A stretch of 64,000 nt of DNA from Candidatus Dadabacteria bacterium (GCA_963805855.1 CAWDVW010000005.1:416001-480000); one strand, 5' to 3'; shown: positions 11,281 through 21,517, counted from the stretch's first letter. Notes: generated from the sequence alone by a model not told the origin. Translations and numbers: made by a program.

Positions 11281-12012
11281 ATGAATAGAGAAATCTATAT
11301 TTTCAATGATAAACAGGAACTTGCAGATAGATTAGCATCAGATTTTCAAAGGGCGGTGGAACATAGTAGAAACCGAGGAAAGGGAATTTCTATTGCGCTT
11401 TCCGGAGGTAGCACCCCCCGCATCTTTTTCGAAAGGCTGGCACTACCGCCATATCTCGAACGAGTTCCCTGGAGCAATGTAAACCTATTCTGGGGAGATG
11501 AACGCTGTGTCCCACCTGACGACGGACAAAGCAACTTTAAAATGGCAAACGATACTTTCATATCCAAAGTAAATATCCCTGATCAGAATGTCCACCGAAT
11601 AATTGGAGAAAATCCGCCTGAAGCAGAGGTACTAAGATATGCAGATGAAATCCAAAAAAATCTTCCTTCCAACAATGGCTTTCCCGAGTTTGACTGGATT
11701 TTCCTGGGAATGGGAACAGACGGACATACCGCATCACTTTTTCCAGACGCCCCGACTCTAAAGGAAATGAACTCAATATGTGTAGTAGCGGAACATCCAG
11801 AAACTGGGCAAAAAAGAATCAGCCTTACCCTACCGGTAATCAATAACGCCAGGCGTGTTTCTTTCCTGGCAGCTGGCAAAGACAAAGCCAAGGTTCTCAA
11901 AGAAATCCTGGAAAAAGGGGATTCGCCTCTAAGCTATCCTGCTTCAAAAGTTAATCCCAAAAATGGAGTTCTCGAGTGGTACATAGATAAGGCGGCGGCT
12001 TCTGAGAATTAA
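11281..12012 (+). CDS. pgl: 6-phosphogluconolactonase
   Basis: LSGGSTP, WGDERCVP, LGMGTDGHTASLFP. Confidence 0.95.
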   Translation: MNREIYIFNDKQELADRLASDFQRAVEHSRNRGKGISIALSGGSTPRIFFERLALPPYLERVPWSNVNLFWGDERCVPPDDGQSNFKMANDTFISKVNIPDQNVHRIIGENPPEAEVLRYADEIQKNLPSNNGFPEFDWIFLGMGTDGHTASLFPDAPTLKEMNSICVVAEHPETGQKRISLTLPVINNARRVSFLAAGKDKAKVLKEILEKGDSPLSYPASKVNPKNGVLEWYIDKAAASEN

Positions 12013-12414
12013 AGACAAGATTACAAAAAGCAGTTTTTGTCATTTTAATCTACAATTTAGAATATACTTGAACTTGAATTTGATAGAGTCGATTAAAAAA
12101 ATCTTTGGTAAGCTCGGTACTGTAAGAGAAATAATTCTTATACTTAGAGCTTTTCTTTTCGTCTCACTCCTTGCTCTTCTGGTAGCGCTCATAATTTATT
12201 ACTTGCTTCAACCCATATATTTCTAGACTAGGATTCTCAGACACGAACCCGAGATTTTCTAATCTCTGGCTAAAGCACAGTATTCCTATTATGGGTAGGT
12301 CATGAGTCTTGCTCGTGACATTTGATTTTTCCACCAGCAAGACTGGTGGGCTACCCACGTTAAGACTACCAATATAGCCGGATCGGCTATGAGCGTTACC
12401 AAAAAAGAAAAAAA

Positions 12415-13743
12415 TCACTCCGTCAACCATATGTATCGGGCGATAAATAAGATAGCAAAAAAATAAATCAACCAGTGGACTTCTTTCCTTTTCCCGGTAA
12501 AAAGCTTTAGAAGCGAGTAAGAAATAACTCCTATCGATATGCCCTCGGTTATACTAAAGGCAAGAGGCATAATGATTAGTGTCAGAAACGCAGGAATAGA
12601 TTCCGTAAAATCATCCCACTCAACGTTAACAATATTCTTAAACATCAGGCCACCGACAATTATTAATGCAGGCGCTATCACAGGATAAAGAGTAACGCCA
12701 TCCTGAATCTTGTATCCAGCGCCTATCATCTGTATGATAGGATGGAAAAAGATTGCACCAATCATTAATAGGGCTGTAACTACGTTTGTGAGGCCAGTAC
12801 GACCCCCAGCGGAAATACCGGATGCGCTTTCGATATAGGCGGTAATAGTTGATGTCCCGAGCAGTGCCCCTGCACTCGTCGATATCGCATCAGTGAGAAG
12901 AGCCTGCCTAGCCCTCGGCAGCTTCCCGTCGACCATCAGGCCGGATTGCTGGCCGACTCCGATTAAAGTCCCAATTGTATCAAACATATCGAGAAAAAGA
13001 AAAATAAATATCACGGTGAGTAGATTAGGATCCTTGAAGACATTGGGGAACTGAAGCTTCAACATGGTGGGTAAAATTGAGGGGGGAGCAGACACGATTC
13101 CCTTAAATTCGATAACCCCAACAATCAGCCCAAGTATACTGGTTGCAACGATTCCAATTAATATAGCTCCTCTTATCCTTAGAGCTAGGAGCAGGGCGAT
13201 TAAAAGTAAACCAAACACGGAAACTAGGGTAGGAGCAGATTTTAGATTACCGAGGGTGACATATGTTACTTGATGACCTACTACGATGCCACTCCATTCC
13301 AGCCCTACTAAGGCTATTAAGAGACCAATGCCAACTGGGATCCCGTTCTTTAAACAGTCGGGAAGCACAATCATTAACTTCTCGCGCAAACCGACTGTAG
13401 AAAGAAGGATAAAAATTAAACCGGCTATGAAAACCGAACCGAGCGCAACCTGCCATGAATAGCCAAGGGTCAATACAACAATATAGGCAAAGAAGAAATT
13501 ATGACCCATGGCTGGCGCAAGAGCGATTGGATAATTGGTCAATACCGCCATTAAAACCATGGCAATAGCGCTAGACAAGCAGGTTGCGACCATAACAGCA
13601 CCCGGATTCATGCCCGCTGCTCCAAGGACAGCCGGCTGTACAAAGATTATGTAGGACATCGTCATAAACGTTGTCACGCCGGCAACGATTTCAGTCCTTA
13701 CATTAGTGCCTGCTTCCTCTAGGTCGAATAGTCCGTCAATCAT
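12415..13743 (-). CDS. NCS2/AzgA-family nucleobase (purine) permease
   Basis: EIVAGVTTFMTMSYI, APAMG.N.FF, DMFDTIGT, YIESASG..AGGRTGL; many TM segments. Confidence 0.92.
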   Translation of the reverse strand: MIDGLFDLEEAGTNVRTEIVAGVTTFMTMSYIIFVQPAVLGAAGMNPGAVMVATCLSSAIAMVLMAVLTNYPIALAPAMGHNFFFAYIVVLTLGYSWQVALGSVFIAGLIFILLSTVGLREKLMIVLPDCLKNGIPVGIGLLIALVGLEWSGIVVGHQVTYVTLGNLKSAPTLVSVFGLLLIALLLALRIRGAILIGIVATSILGLIVGVIEFKGIVSAPPSILPTMLKLQFPNVFKDPNLLTVIFIFLFLDMFDTIGTLIGVGQQSGLMVDGKLPRARQALLTDAISTSAGALLGTSTITAYIESASGISAGGRTGLTNVVTALLMIGAIFFHPIIQMIGAGYKIQDGVTLYPVIAPALIIVGGLMFKNIVNVEWDDFTESIPAFLTLIIMPLAFSITEGISIGVISYSLLKLFTGKRKEVHWLIYFFAILFIARYIWLTE

Positions 13744-14072
13744 TTCTTAAACAGGAATTAGCATAAGCATAAGATTTAGATATCTATCATTAACCACGGC
13801 ATTATTACACGAACTATGTTTCAATGTCAATTAAATACTGTCAGTTTTCTGTACCCTTTATTAGCTCCAAGAGAGGCTCAGGGGAAATTACCCTTAAAAC
13901 GGGAAGAGAGAGTCTCCGCCCGGCGAGTGCGGGAATTAAAGGTTGGAGTCGAAAATGATACGAATGCTTATCCGTATCAGAACATGATTAATTCATAATC
14001 CAATATTTTATCGACCGAACTGGGAAGCTCAGTCTATCTGGATTATTGCTTATGCCACTACTTAGTGAAAAT

Positions 14073-14660
14073 TTAACCACCTATGTCAATCGGAAGTTCA
14101 CACTCTGGGGCATCTTTACAGGGCTCAAAGTCCCTCCGATTGCCGTGATCTGCCTCCATTCCGTACCTATGGGCAAGCTCGTGTTTGAAGAAAGAAAAAT
14201 CCTTGCACTGGCCGATAGTCCTTTTTGATATGATTGTCAAATCCGCGCCGGGACCAGCAAAGTAGACCCCTGCACACACATCCGTAGTCGGTCCTACACA
14301 TTTAAATGTCAACGGTACTACAAATACCCTTTGCTCTGAAAGCGGAGGGATTATTTGTCCGTTTTCAATCTCAACATCCTGAAATCCGACATTAGGGTCT
14401 CCAAATTGACAGTCTAAGAAGCTTGCCGCTCTGTTATCTAGCTTATTCAAGATGTCGTCAACATTACCACTCACATCGCCTCTAATTGCCACCTTCATAC
14501 CATAAAGCGGGGTCCTCAAATTGTAACTCTGGGCATCGGCGTCCTCAAACGTAATCAGCGGATCTGGTGAACCTGTTTCCGGAACAACATCACCCAGACT
14601 ATCACAAGATATAAGGACAAGAACAGTAATTAGCAGATTTAAAATAAACAATAATCTCAA
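14073..14660 (-). CDS. Lipoprotein with HExxH zinc-binding motif (putative zincin)
   Basis: AGGAGG RBS, TTG start, lipobox LISC, HELAHRYG, several Cys. Confidence 0.7.
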   Translation of the reverse strand: MRLLFILNLLITVLVLISCDSLGDVVPETGSPDPLITFEDADAQSYNLRTPLYGMKVAIRGDVSGNVDDILNKLDNRAASFLDCQFGDPNVGFQDVEIENGQIIPPLSEQRVFVVPLTFKCVGPTTDVCAGVYFAGPGADLTIISKRTIGQCKDFSFFKHELAHRYGMEADHGNRRDFEPCKDAPECELPIDIGG

Positions 14661-14939
14661 TTTTTATTTCCTCCTTTACAATTTTTTTCCGGATCTAATG
14701 CCTTATATTTTTCATTACGAAGTTAAAACAATACACTCATAATAATCTTTTGACCAATATTACATGATGCTTTCATGAAAAATTCGAACTCGAGTAAAAT
14801 ATCAGACACCGGTGGTCAATGAATGGAAGGAGGAGATGAGCTTTGAGCATTTGCTCGTTTGTTGGTCTGCACCGTAAGGTTCCGACGATCCAGAACTTTT
14901 TATATCATAAGGTGAAACGTCTACTCAGAGCACATGACC

Positions 14940-15716
14940 TCATATTTCCCGGGGTAAAATCAACGGCTCATTAGTAAGAATCTTCTCGGCGGCCTCGTAT
15001 GATTCGATTGTTCCAACATCCAATCTCTTGCCGTTCATCTTAATTGCGTATACAGGTTCCCGTTCAACTAGATAGGATATGAAATGTCCCGGAGCATCCC
15101 CAGCATCCGGTCGTGCCGCATATTCCTCTATGCAACCAAGAGCGGAGGTTTGTATAAAATATATAGGCGGACAGGCCCAGCCTGACCTAGCTTCTATAGG
15201 TTTTTCGCAAAAGCTTAACACGCGATTATCCGGTCCAACTTCAAGAACACCCTTTAGGTTTTTTCTACCGTGATTTATTTCATCTAAAGCTACCACAATA
15301 TTTTTCCCAGTCTTTATAAACGTCTGAGCAACAGGCTTTAATGAGAAGCGAAATATATTATCCCCTGCAGAAACTATAGCAGGCGCTATGGTTTTTAATG
15401 ATTTCACCGCAAGCGCCAAATCTTTAGTAGCTCCAAGACGATTCTCATTACTAGTAGCTCCATCATTATAGAGATGTATATCGATATCATATTCTCTCGA
15501 AATCTTTTTCCACCTGGCTTGCCACTCAAGAAAATTCTTATAAAAGAGTCCATTAGTCACTACATGTATCGACTCCATTTCGGGTAATACCAGCAATTGG
15601 TCCATTAAGTAGTCGAGAACAGGCCTGCCGCCAACCTTTAGCAACGGCTTAGGAAAATTCTTCGTGAGAGGATACATTCGTGTGGCAAATCCAGCGCAGA
15701 GCAGTATAGCTATCAT
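14940..15716 (-). CDS. Sugar-1-phosphate nucleotidyltransferase (NTP_transferase family)
   Basis: LLCAGFATRMYPLT..PKPLL, NDG...ENRLGA, EKP, DVG; start overlaps the kinase stop. Confidence 0.88.
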   Translation of the reverse strand: MIAILLCAGFATRMYPLTKNFPKPLLKVGGRPVLDYLMDQLLVLPEMESIHVVTNGLFYKNFLEWQARWKKISREYDIDIHLYNDGATSNENRLGATKDLALAVKSLKTIAPAIVSAGDNIFRFSLKPVAQTFIKTGKNIVVALDEINHGRKNLKGVLEVGPDNRVLSFCEKPIEARSGWACPPIYFIQTSALGCIEEYAARPDAGDAPGHFISYLVEREPVYAIKMNGKRLDVGTIESYEAAEKILTNEPLILPREI

Positions 15717-16936
15717 AAGAATCTAATCTCTTCATCGGATTTCACTCTATAAACCGCTGCTTTCCCCTTTGCTTCAGGGAGGCTACTCAGATAGTTCTCT
15801 AATAATTTGGATGAATCTTCATCCGAAAATTCAGGTGTCACGAAACCCATAACACACCCACCATAACCACCACCGCAGAACCTGCTGCCGTAAACTCCAT
15901 TAGTCTCGCTAAATATTCTTTGTAATTTAATGAGCGCAGGACTACCGCTCTCGTAATTCTCAATTGAACTATTACAGGACTCATTCATCAAACGGCCAAA
16001 ATTTACCCAATTCCCGTGGCGCCAACACATAAAACCATCTTCCACAGATCTAACCTCAGAAAAATAGTGGTCAGCCCTCTTCGTTAAATTTTCGGGCAAT
16101 GCGGCTCGATATCGTCTATATACCTCTTCCGGTATGTCAGATAGCGTATTTGCCGGTTCGATTCCCGCCAACTCGCCCAACAACGTCGAAGCTTTCTTGC
16201 ACTCCTCGACACGGGTATTGAAACCACTTGATGTTAGTTCCCTGCTAAATCCAGAATTAACAATTATGATCCTAAAGTCATCACTGTTATTTGGTCTTTC
16301 TACTGATTTTACCTCCGCATTAAGCGTGTTTATATAGAGTAAATGATCTTTCCTTCCATTAAGAATCGTTGCCTGGTCAAGTATCCCGTTTTGCAAGCCT
16401 AGGTATTCGTTTTCAAGCCTCCGATCCAACTGAATAAAGTCATGGTTCGAGAAGTCCAGTTCGTTTACCCTTGCAAGGGCATAAAGATATGACAAACCAA
16501 CCGAAGCAGAAGAACTCAAGCCACTCGAGGGCAGGGTCCCGTTTACAGCGCCCACAAATCCGCGGGAAAGAGTGTTTACGTCCCCGAGTACTTTCGTCGC
16601 TCCTCGAGCATATCTTCCCCAATCACCAATATCAGCCGGAAAGACCTTCTGAAGATCAAATTCCACTACACCCGGATAATTCATGCTGTGCAACCGCACT
16701 TTTGGAGCGACAACCGGTATGAAAGCAAGAACCGTATAGGCTTCTATCGTCATTCCTAATACCGGCCCGCCCTGATGGTCAATATGTGCTCCCAGAGGAC
16801 AAACTCGGTAAGGAGAAACTATAAAGTTGAGATTTCTTTCAGAAATCCTCTCGCGTCGCTGAAGAAATGATATCAGTTCCTCTTTAAGTTTATAAATAGG
16901 CTTAAATTCTTTAATCACCTTTAATATGATCTGCAA
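15713..16936 (-). CDS. GHMP sugar kinase, galacturonokinase-like (galactokinase family)
   Basis: PYRVCPLGAHIDHQGG, SSGLSSSA, ENEYLGLQNGILDQ, GSRFCGGGYGG; exact start uncertain. Confidence 0.85.
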   Translation of the reverse strand: MQIILKVIKEFKPIYKLKEELISFLQRRERISERNLNFIVSPYRVCPLGAHIDHQGGPVLGMTIEAYTVLAFIPVVAPKVRLHSMNYPGVVEFDLQKVFPADIGDWGRYARGATKVLGDVNTLSRGFVGAVNGTLPSSGLSSSASVGLSYLYALARVNELDFSNHDFIQLDRRLENEYLGLQNGILDQATILNGRKDHLLYINTLNAEVKSVERPNNSDDFRIIIVNSGFSRELTSSGFNTRVEECKKASTLLGELAGIEPANTLSDIPEEVYRRYRAALPENLTKRADHYFSEVRSVEDGFMCWRHGNWVNFGRLMNESCNSSIENYESGSPALIKLQRIFSETNGVYGSRFCGGGYGGCVMGFVTPEFSDEDSSKLLENYLSSLPEAKGKAAVYRVKSDEEIRFL

Positions 16937-17021
16937 AAATAGAACGGGATCTTTAGCGTTTATTAATAATTCATAGACCTACGATCAAATCTTTTACATG
17001 ATTTTTATATCCTTCACTATT

Positions 17022-17049
17022 GTAGGGAACGCATATATGCGTTCCCTAC
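17022..17049. repeat. GTAG-type REP-like perfect 28-bp palindrome
   Basis: GTAGGGAACGCATA|TATGCGTTCCCTAC. Confidence 0.7.
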
Positions 17050-17134
17050 TTTGTAACCACAAGCCACTACGGCAAAAGAATTTCCCCTACAATCACTCCT
17101 CTTATTAGGAGGATGAAGGTCTGGCGAATGAATT

Positions 17135-19216
17135 TTATTCCGCGACAGCAGAAATTCTTTGAATCTCATTTTGAAGCTGGTATAGATTAAAATAAATTCC
17201 TTCCCTTTTTAATAATTCATCGTGAGTACCAACCTCATAGATCTCACCTTTATGGATGACGATAATCTTGTCTGCATCTCTGACATTAGAGAGCCTATGA
17301 GCAATAATTAAAGTTGTTCGCTTTTTCGACCCTTTTTTAATTTCATCTCGCACCCTCGATTCTATTTGAGCATCTATATGAGAAGTAGCTTCATCGAGTA
17401 TCAAGAAATTGACATCTTTATTAAAAGCGTGGCCAATTGAAACGAGCTGTCTCTCTCCGGAAGAAATAAAACTACCGTCACTCTCTACAAGATCATCAAC
17501 CCCTGTAGCCCTTGCAAAATCATCTCCATTTCCAGAATGACCATCGGTCATAGTCCTCCCGAACAGAAATAGATCCTGAAAGACCGCAGATATATTTGCC
17601 CTCAAAAACTCCCGACTATACTCTCTTATATCCAACCCATCAAAAATGATCTGGCCTTTCTGTATGTCGTAAAACCGTAGGATTAAATTAACTATAGTGG
17701 TTTTTCCAGAGCCTGTCAGGCCAACAAGGGCGACAGTCTGCCCGGCACCCACTGTAAAAGAAACGTCTTTTAAAACCCACTCGCCTTCATCATATGCAAA
17801 CCAGACATTCCTAAATTCAAGCTCTCCGTTAACATTTTCCTCCCTTCTTCCTCTATCCCTTCCCTCAGGCTCAACTTTTGAAAGATCGTAAAGATTTTCC
17901 GATGCGGCAATTGCGGATTGAAAAATATTGTACCTCTCCGTGAGCTCCACGATTGGCCTAAAGAGCATTCTTACATAGTAAAGGTATGCGATAAGTGCCC
18001 CGAGAGTGAGGTCCAGGCTCAAAACGCTAAGACCCCCATACCAGAGTATTAAGGCTACGGAGAAAACACTAATAAATTCAATGACCGGCCTGAACGTAGC
18101 GAATGCCCATAACTGATCCATATTTGCTTCATAGTTCTTTCGATTCACATCCTTAAATCTTTCAAAGTTTTCCCCCTCTCTCCCATATAGTTTAATCAGC
18201 ACGATTCCTCTGACGCTTTCCTGAACAAACGCATTTAGCTGAGCGACCGTCTTTCTAACGTTTCTATAAACCATCTTGAGCCTCATTCTAAACAGGGCCC
18301 CGACAACTCCGACTACGATGGTAAGGCAAAGTATAAAGATGGTTAGATTCCTGTTCATATAAAACATCAAAATCAGCACCCCAAAAATTACCAAAACATC
18401 TTTAAGAAATTGAACCAGCACAGAGGTATACATCTCGTTTATCGCGTCTACATCATTCGTAACACGGGTTGACAACCTGCCTACAGGGTTATTGTCAAAG
18501 AATGTCTGAGGAAGGGATAGGATATGCGAAAACACCCCTACCCTGATGTTATGCATGATTTTTTGCCCTGAGTAATTGAGAAAGTATGTATATAATGAAC
18601 TGAAAAGGAAAACGCCAAAAAGACTCATTAAAAGAATTGTTGCAAGCCTTTTTACTCCGCTAATTTCCTCGCTTCTTAATATACCAACCTCAGATCTGCT
18701 CAATTTGTTAAGGGACGAATAGCCGACGATAAAAGATTTACCAAGAGGGCTAATCACATCGGGGTGATCTTCGATAATTTCGTGTATTTTCCTCATCCTG
18801 TCTGTACTAACCTTTGCCGGGTCAATAACCAAGTATCTTTCTTCCGAGACCATCCCAAGCTTCTCTAGATTATTCTTTTCTGCCGTATTGACTGCGGAGA
18901 GATCGATTAAATATCTATCTTCATCCAGTTTGATTATCGAAGTAGGGTATTTCTCTTTTAGCTGTTTTTCGAATTTGCTATCTTGCTCCTGATCCGAAAA
19001 GGTTGCCTCCCTCCAGGATGGGAAAATGAATGCATCCACTGCGATCTTGGTTAAATATGGTATGAGAAGCTCAAGTCCGGCGGTGATGATCATAAAAACC
19101 AATGAGAAAAGAAATAACCGCTTAAAAGGCTTAGCAAAGCCAAATAGCCACCGGATCAACTTTAGGTCATAGGTAACCTTTGCTCGCTTTTCCTCTTCCT
19201 GTTTCATTAACGCCAA
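17135..19216 (-). CDS. ABC exporter permease/ATPase (MdlB-like half of a heterodimer)
   Basis: TMD plus NBD; GLTGSGKT, LILDEATS, IAHRLS; degenerate signature ISSGERQ. Confidence 0.9.
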   Translation of the reverse strand: MALMKQEEEKRAKVTYDLKLIRWLFGFAKPFKRLFLFSLVFMIITAGLELLIPYLTKIAVDAFIFPSWREATFSDQEQDSKFEKQLKEKYPTSIIKLDEDRYLIDLSAVNTAEKNNLEKLGMVSEERYLVIDPAKVSTDRMRKIHEIIEDHPDVISPLGKSFIVGYSSLNKLSRSEVGILRSEEISGVKRLATILLMSLFGVFLFSSLYTYFLNYSGQKIMHNIRVGVFSHILSLPQTFFDNNPVGRLSTRVTNDVDAINEMYTSVLVQFLKDVLVIFGVLILMFYMNRNLTIFILCLTIVVGVVGALFRMRLKMVYRNVRKTVAQLNAFVQESVRGIVLIKLYGREGENFERFKDVNRKNYEANMDQLWAFATFRPVIEFISVFSVALILWYGGLSVLSLDLTLGALIAYLYYVRMLFRPIVELTERYNIFQSAIAASENLYDLSKVEPEGRDRGRREENVNGELEFRNVWFAYDEGEWVLKDVSFTVGAGQTVALVGLTGSGKTTIVNLILRFYDIQKGQIIFDGLDIREYSREFLRANISAVFQDLFLFGRTMTDGHSGNGDDFARATGVDDLVESDGSFISSGERQLVSIGHAFNKDVNFLILDEATSHIDAQIESRVRDEIKKGSKKRTTLIIAHRLSNVRDADKIIVIHKGEIYEVGTHDELLKREGIYFNLYQLQNEIQRISAVAE

Positions 19217-19273
19217 TTTAAACGCTCCATTTTATATGAAATCTTTTTGTGCTCACTTCCCAACCTATCTCTC

Positions 19274-19310
19274 CCTCCCCCCTTGAGGGGGAGGAATTAA
19301 AAGTGGGGGG
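19274..19310 (+). repeat. C-rich/G-rich hairpin repeat, copy 1 (DUF559-associated)
   Basis: CCTCCCCCC-TTGA-GGGGGAGG-AATTAAAAGTGGGGGG. Confidence 0.75.
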
Positions 19311-19647
19311 TATCATCCTCAAGACCCAACGCCTCTGCAATAACCTCTTGTACTACTTCAATCTCCGTCAAAACTTGGTTATTCCAAAATCTAATCACTC
19401 TAAAACCGCGAGACTCTAACCAGTGACTACGCCTAGCATCGTGAGCAATCTGTTCATCATGATGTCCTCCGTCTACCTCTATTATCAACCTTTTTTCTAA
19501 ACATATAAAATCAACTATATAAGGTCCTAATATGTGCTGTCTTCGAAACTTATGGCCACCAATCTGTCTTCTCTGTAAATGAATCCACAATTTCCTTTCA
19601 GCATCGGTTGGGTTTTTTCTTAACTCTCTAGCTCTACTCCTGCTCAT
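19297..19647 (-). CDS. DUF559 / Vsr-like endonuclease
   Basis: ARELRKNPTDAERKLW, FRRQH, YIVDF, IEVDGGHH, GFRVIRFWN. Confidence 0.9.
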   Translation of the reverse strand: MSRSRARELRKNPTDAERKLWIHLQRRQIGGHKFRRQHILGPYIVDFICLEKRLIIEVDGGHHDEQIAHDARRSHWLESRGFRVIRFWNNQVLTEIEVVQEVIAEALGLEDDTPHF

Positions 19648-19655
19648 GTGTTAAT

Positions 19656-19765
19656 CACCCCCATCTTTAATCTTCCCCCGTCAAGGGGGAAGAGAATATG
19701 AAATGCCACCTTCGCCGAACGAAACCTCCTCCCCCCTTGAGGGGGAGGAACTAAAGGTGGGGGGG
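19656..19765. repeat. Inverted doublet of the same hairpin repeat (copies 2 and 3)
   Basis: 19656-19693 CACCCCCATCTTTAATCTTCCCCCGTCAAGGGGGAAGA (reverse orientation); 19728-19765 CCTCCCCCCTTGAGGGGGAGGAACTAAAGGTGGGGGGG. Confidence 0.75.
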
Positions 19766-19798
19766 CAAGAATTATAACCTTCCTCATCATCGTAATTA

Positions 19799-21517
19799 TC
19801 ATGTTATCGTCTGCACGTTATATAGACTCTCATAGATTCCTTCTTTTGCCATGAGCTCATCATGGCTTCCTATCTCCACAACCCTTCCCTTCTCGAGTAC
19901 GGCAATCCTGTCAAAACTGCTTATCGAAGGCACCCTGCTCGAGATGACAATCAGTGTCTTCTCTTTCATTATCGCCCTTAGATTTTGTAGCACTAAATGT
20001 TCAGTCTTTAAATCAAGGGAAGAAAGAACATCGTCGAGGATTAATACCCTGGGGTCTAAGAGAATCGCCCTCGCTAAAGCTACTCTCTGCCGCTGCCCTC
20101 CTGAAAGAGTGAGACCCCTTTCTCCAACCCTGGCACCGAAGCCGCCTGGGAATTCCATTATCTCCTCATAAATCCCGGCGAGCATGGAGGCTTCTATGAT
20201 TTCAGGATCAGACAAATTAGGGTTCATAAAGGAAATGTTATCTTTGATTGTCCCACTGAATACCGTGGTCTCCTGCGGTATATAAACCACGCCCTTCCTC
20301 AAGCTGTCTCGTTTCAGCTTTTTTACATCTACTCCATCAACAAATATTTGATTTTCGTCAGATTCGATCACCCTCATTAAGAGCTCAACGAGCGTAGTTT
20401 TTCCGGACGCCGTGCCCCCTGTTATTCCAAAGGCGCTTCCCTTCGGTATAGACAAATTAACACCCTTTAAGACCCTGTTTCCATTATAAGAGAATTTCAC
20501 GTTGCGAAACTCGATATCACCCTCTATGTCAACTTCGATCTCTTCGCTGCTATCAGTTTTCATAGGCTCGGCGCCAAGCACCTCATTTATTCTGTTAATA
20601 GAAGCGTTACCCCGCTTGATAAGGTCCACAGCCCAGCCCATTGCCATCATCGGCCAGGTAAGCATCGTAAGGTATATTAGGATCGCAGCAAAATCACCCA
20701 GTGTTATACCCATCTTGATTGCACTTGTTCCGCCAAGCCAGAGGAATATGGCAATAGATATTCCCGCAATAAATGTGATCAATGGTTCATATACGCCCCA
20801 AATCTTAATAAGGTGCAGATTCTTATTTAAATACGTGGCGCTGGACGATCCGAAATCATTGACCTCATCATCTTCTCTGACGTACGCTTTTACCACTTTT
20901 ATCCCCGAAATAACCTCTCTCGCCTTCTCAGTGACGTCAGAAAAAGATGCCTGAACCTTCTCAAAACGCTCCTCTATCATGCTTCCAAATTTGAAAATAA
21001 CGATTGCCAGTATCGGAAAAGGAATAAAGGCATATAGAGTCAAGACAGGAGACACATACAGCATGGCGCCAAGTATAAAAATAAGAAGGAACACACCGTC
21101 ATAAGCTATTAGCACACCTAAACCGGAAGCCATTCTGATAGCCTCTATATCGTTTACGGTATGCGCCATTAGGTCGCCGGTCTTTCTCTTGGAGAAGAAA
21201 TCGAATTTAAGGCTCTGGAGGTGGGCAAAAAACTCGTTTCTAAGACTGAACTCAATTATCCTAGCCGCTCCCATCAGGAAATATCTCCAAACAAATCTGA
21301 AAATAGACATGATCAATGCCAGACCCAGCAAATAAAAAGCGTATCGATTTAAATCTCTGATCGAAGACCCCTTAAGTGTTAGGACATCCACGACCCGCTC
21401 AATAATCAATGGAATAGAAAGCGTCGCCAAATCCACGACTGAAAGCGCGAGGAGACCGGCTATGAATGAATACTTGTGCTCCAAAAGTAAAGAGGTTATT
21501 GACTTCTTCTTAGTCAA
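19799..21517 (-). CDS. ABC exporter permease/ATPase (MdlA-like half of a heterodimer)
   Basis: TMD plus NBD; GGTASGKT, LSGGQRQR, non-canonical Walker B LILDD and switch SSR. Confidence 0.9.
   Translation of the reverse strand: MTKKKSITSLLLEHKYSFIAGLLALSVVDLATLSIPLIIERVVDVLTLKGSSIRDLNRYAFYLLGLALIMSIFRFVWRYFLMGAARIIEFSLRNEFFAHLQSLKFDFFSKRKTGDLMAHTVNDIEAIRMASGLGVLIAYDGVFLLIFILGAMLYVSPVLTLYAFIPFPILAIVIFKFGSMIEERFEKVQASFSDVTEKAREVISGIKVVKAYVREDDEVNDFGSSSATYLNKNLHLIKIWGVYEPLITFIAGISIAIFLWLGGTSAIKMGITLGDFAAILIYLTMLTWPMMAMGWAVDLIKRGNASINRINEVLGAEPMKTDSSEEIEVDIEGDIEFRNVKFSYNGNRVLKGVNLSIPKGSAFGITGGTASGKTTLVELLMRVIESDENQIFVDGVDVKKLKRDSLRKGVVYIPQETTVFSGTIKDNISFMNPNLSDPEIIEASMLAGIYEEIMEFPGGFGARVGERGLTLSGGQRQRVALARAILLDPRVLILDDVLSSLDLKTEHLVLQNLRAIMKEKTLIVISSRVPSISSFDRIAVLEKGRVVEIGSHDELMAKEGIYESLYNVQTIT

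Noticed and set aside
12164-12430. 88-aa ORF after the permease (and short ORFs at 1167-1450)
   Set aside because: No RBS or motif support; overlaps the permease end
13864-13949. Riboswitch upstream of the purine permease
   Set aside because: No purine or other aptamer consensus on the minus strand; the tail resembles a decayed DUF559-type repeat
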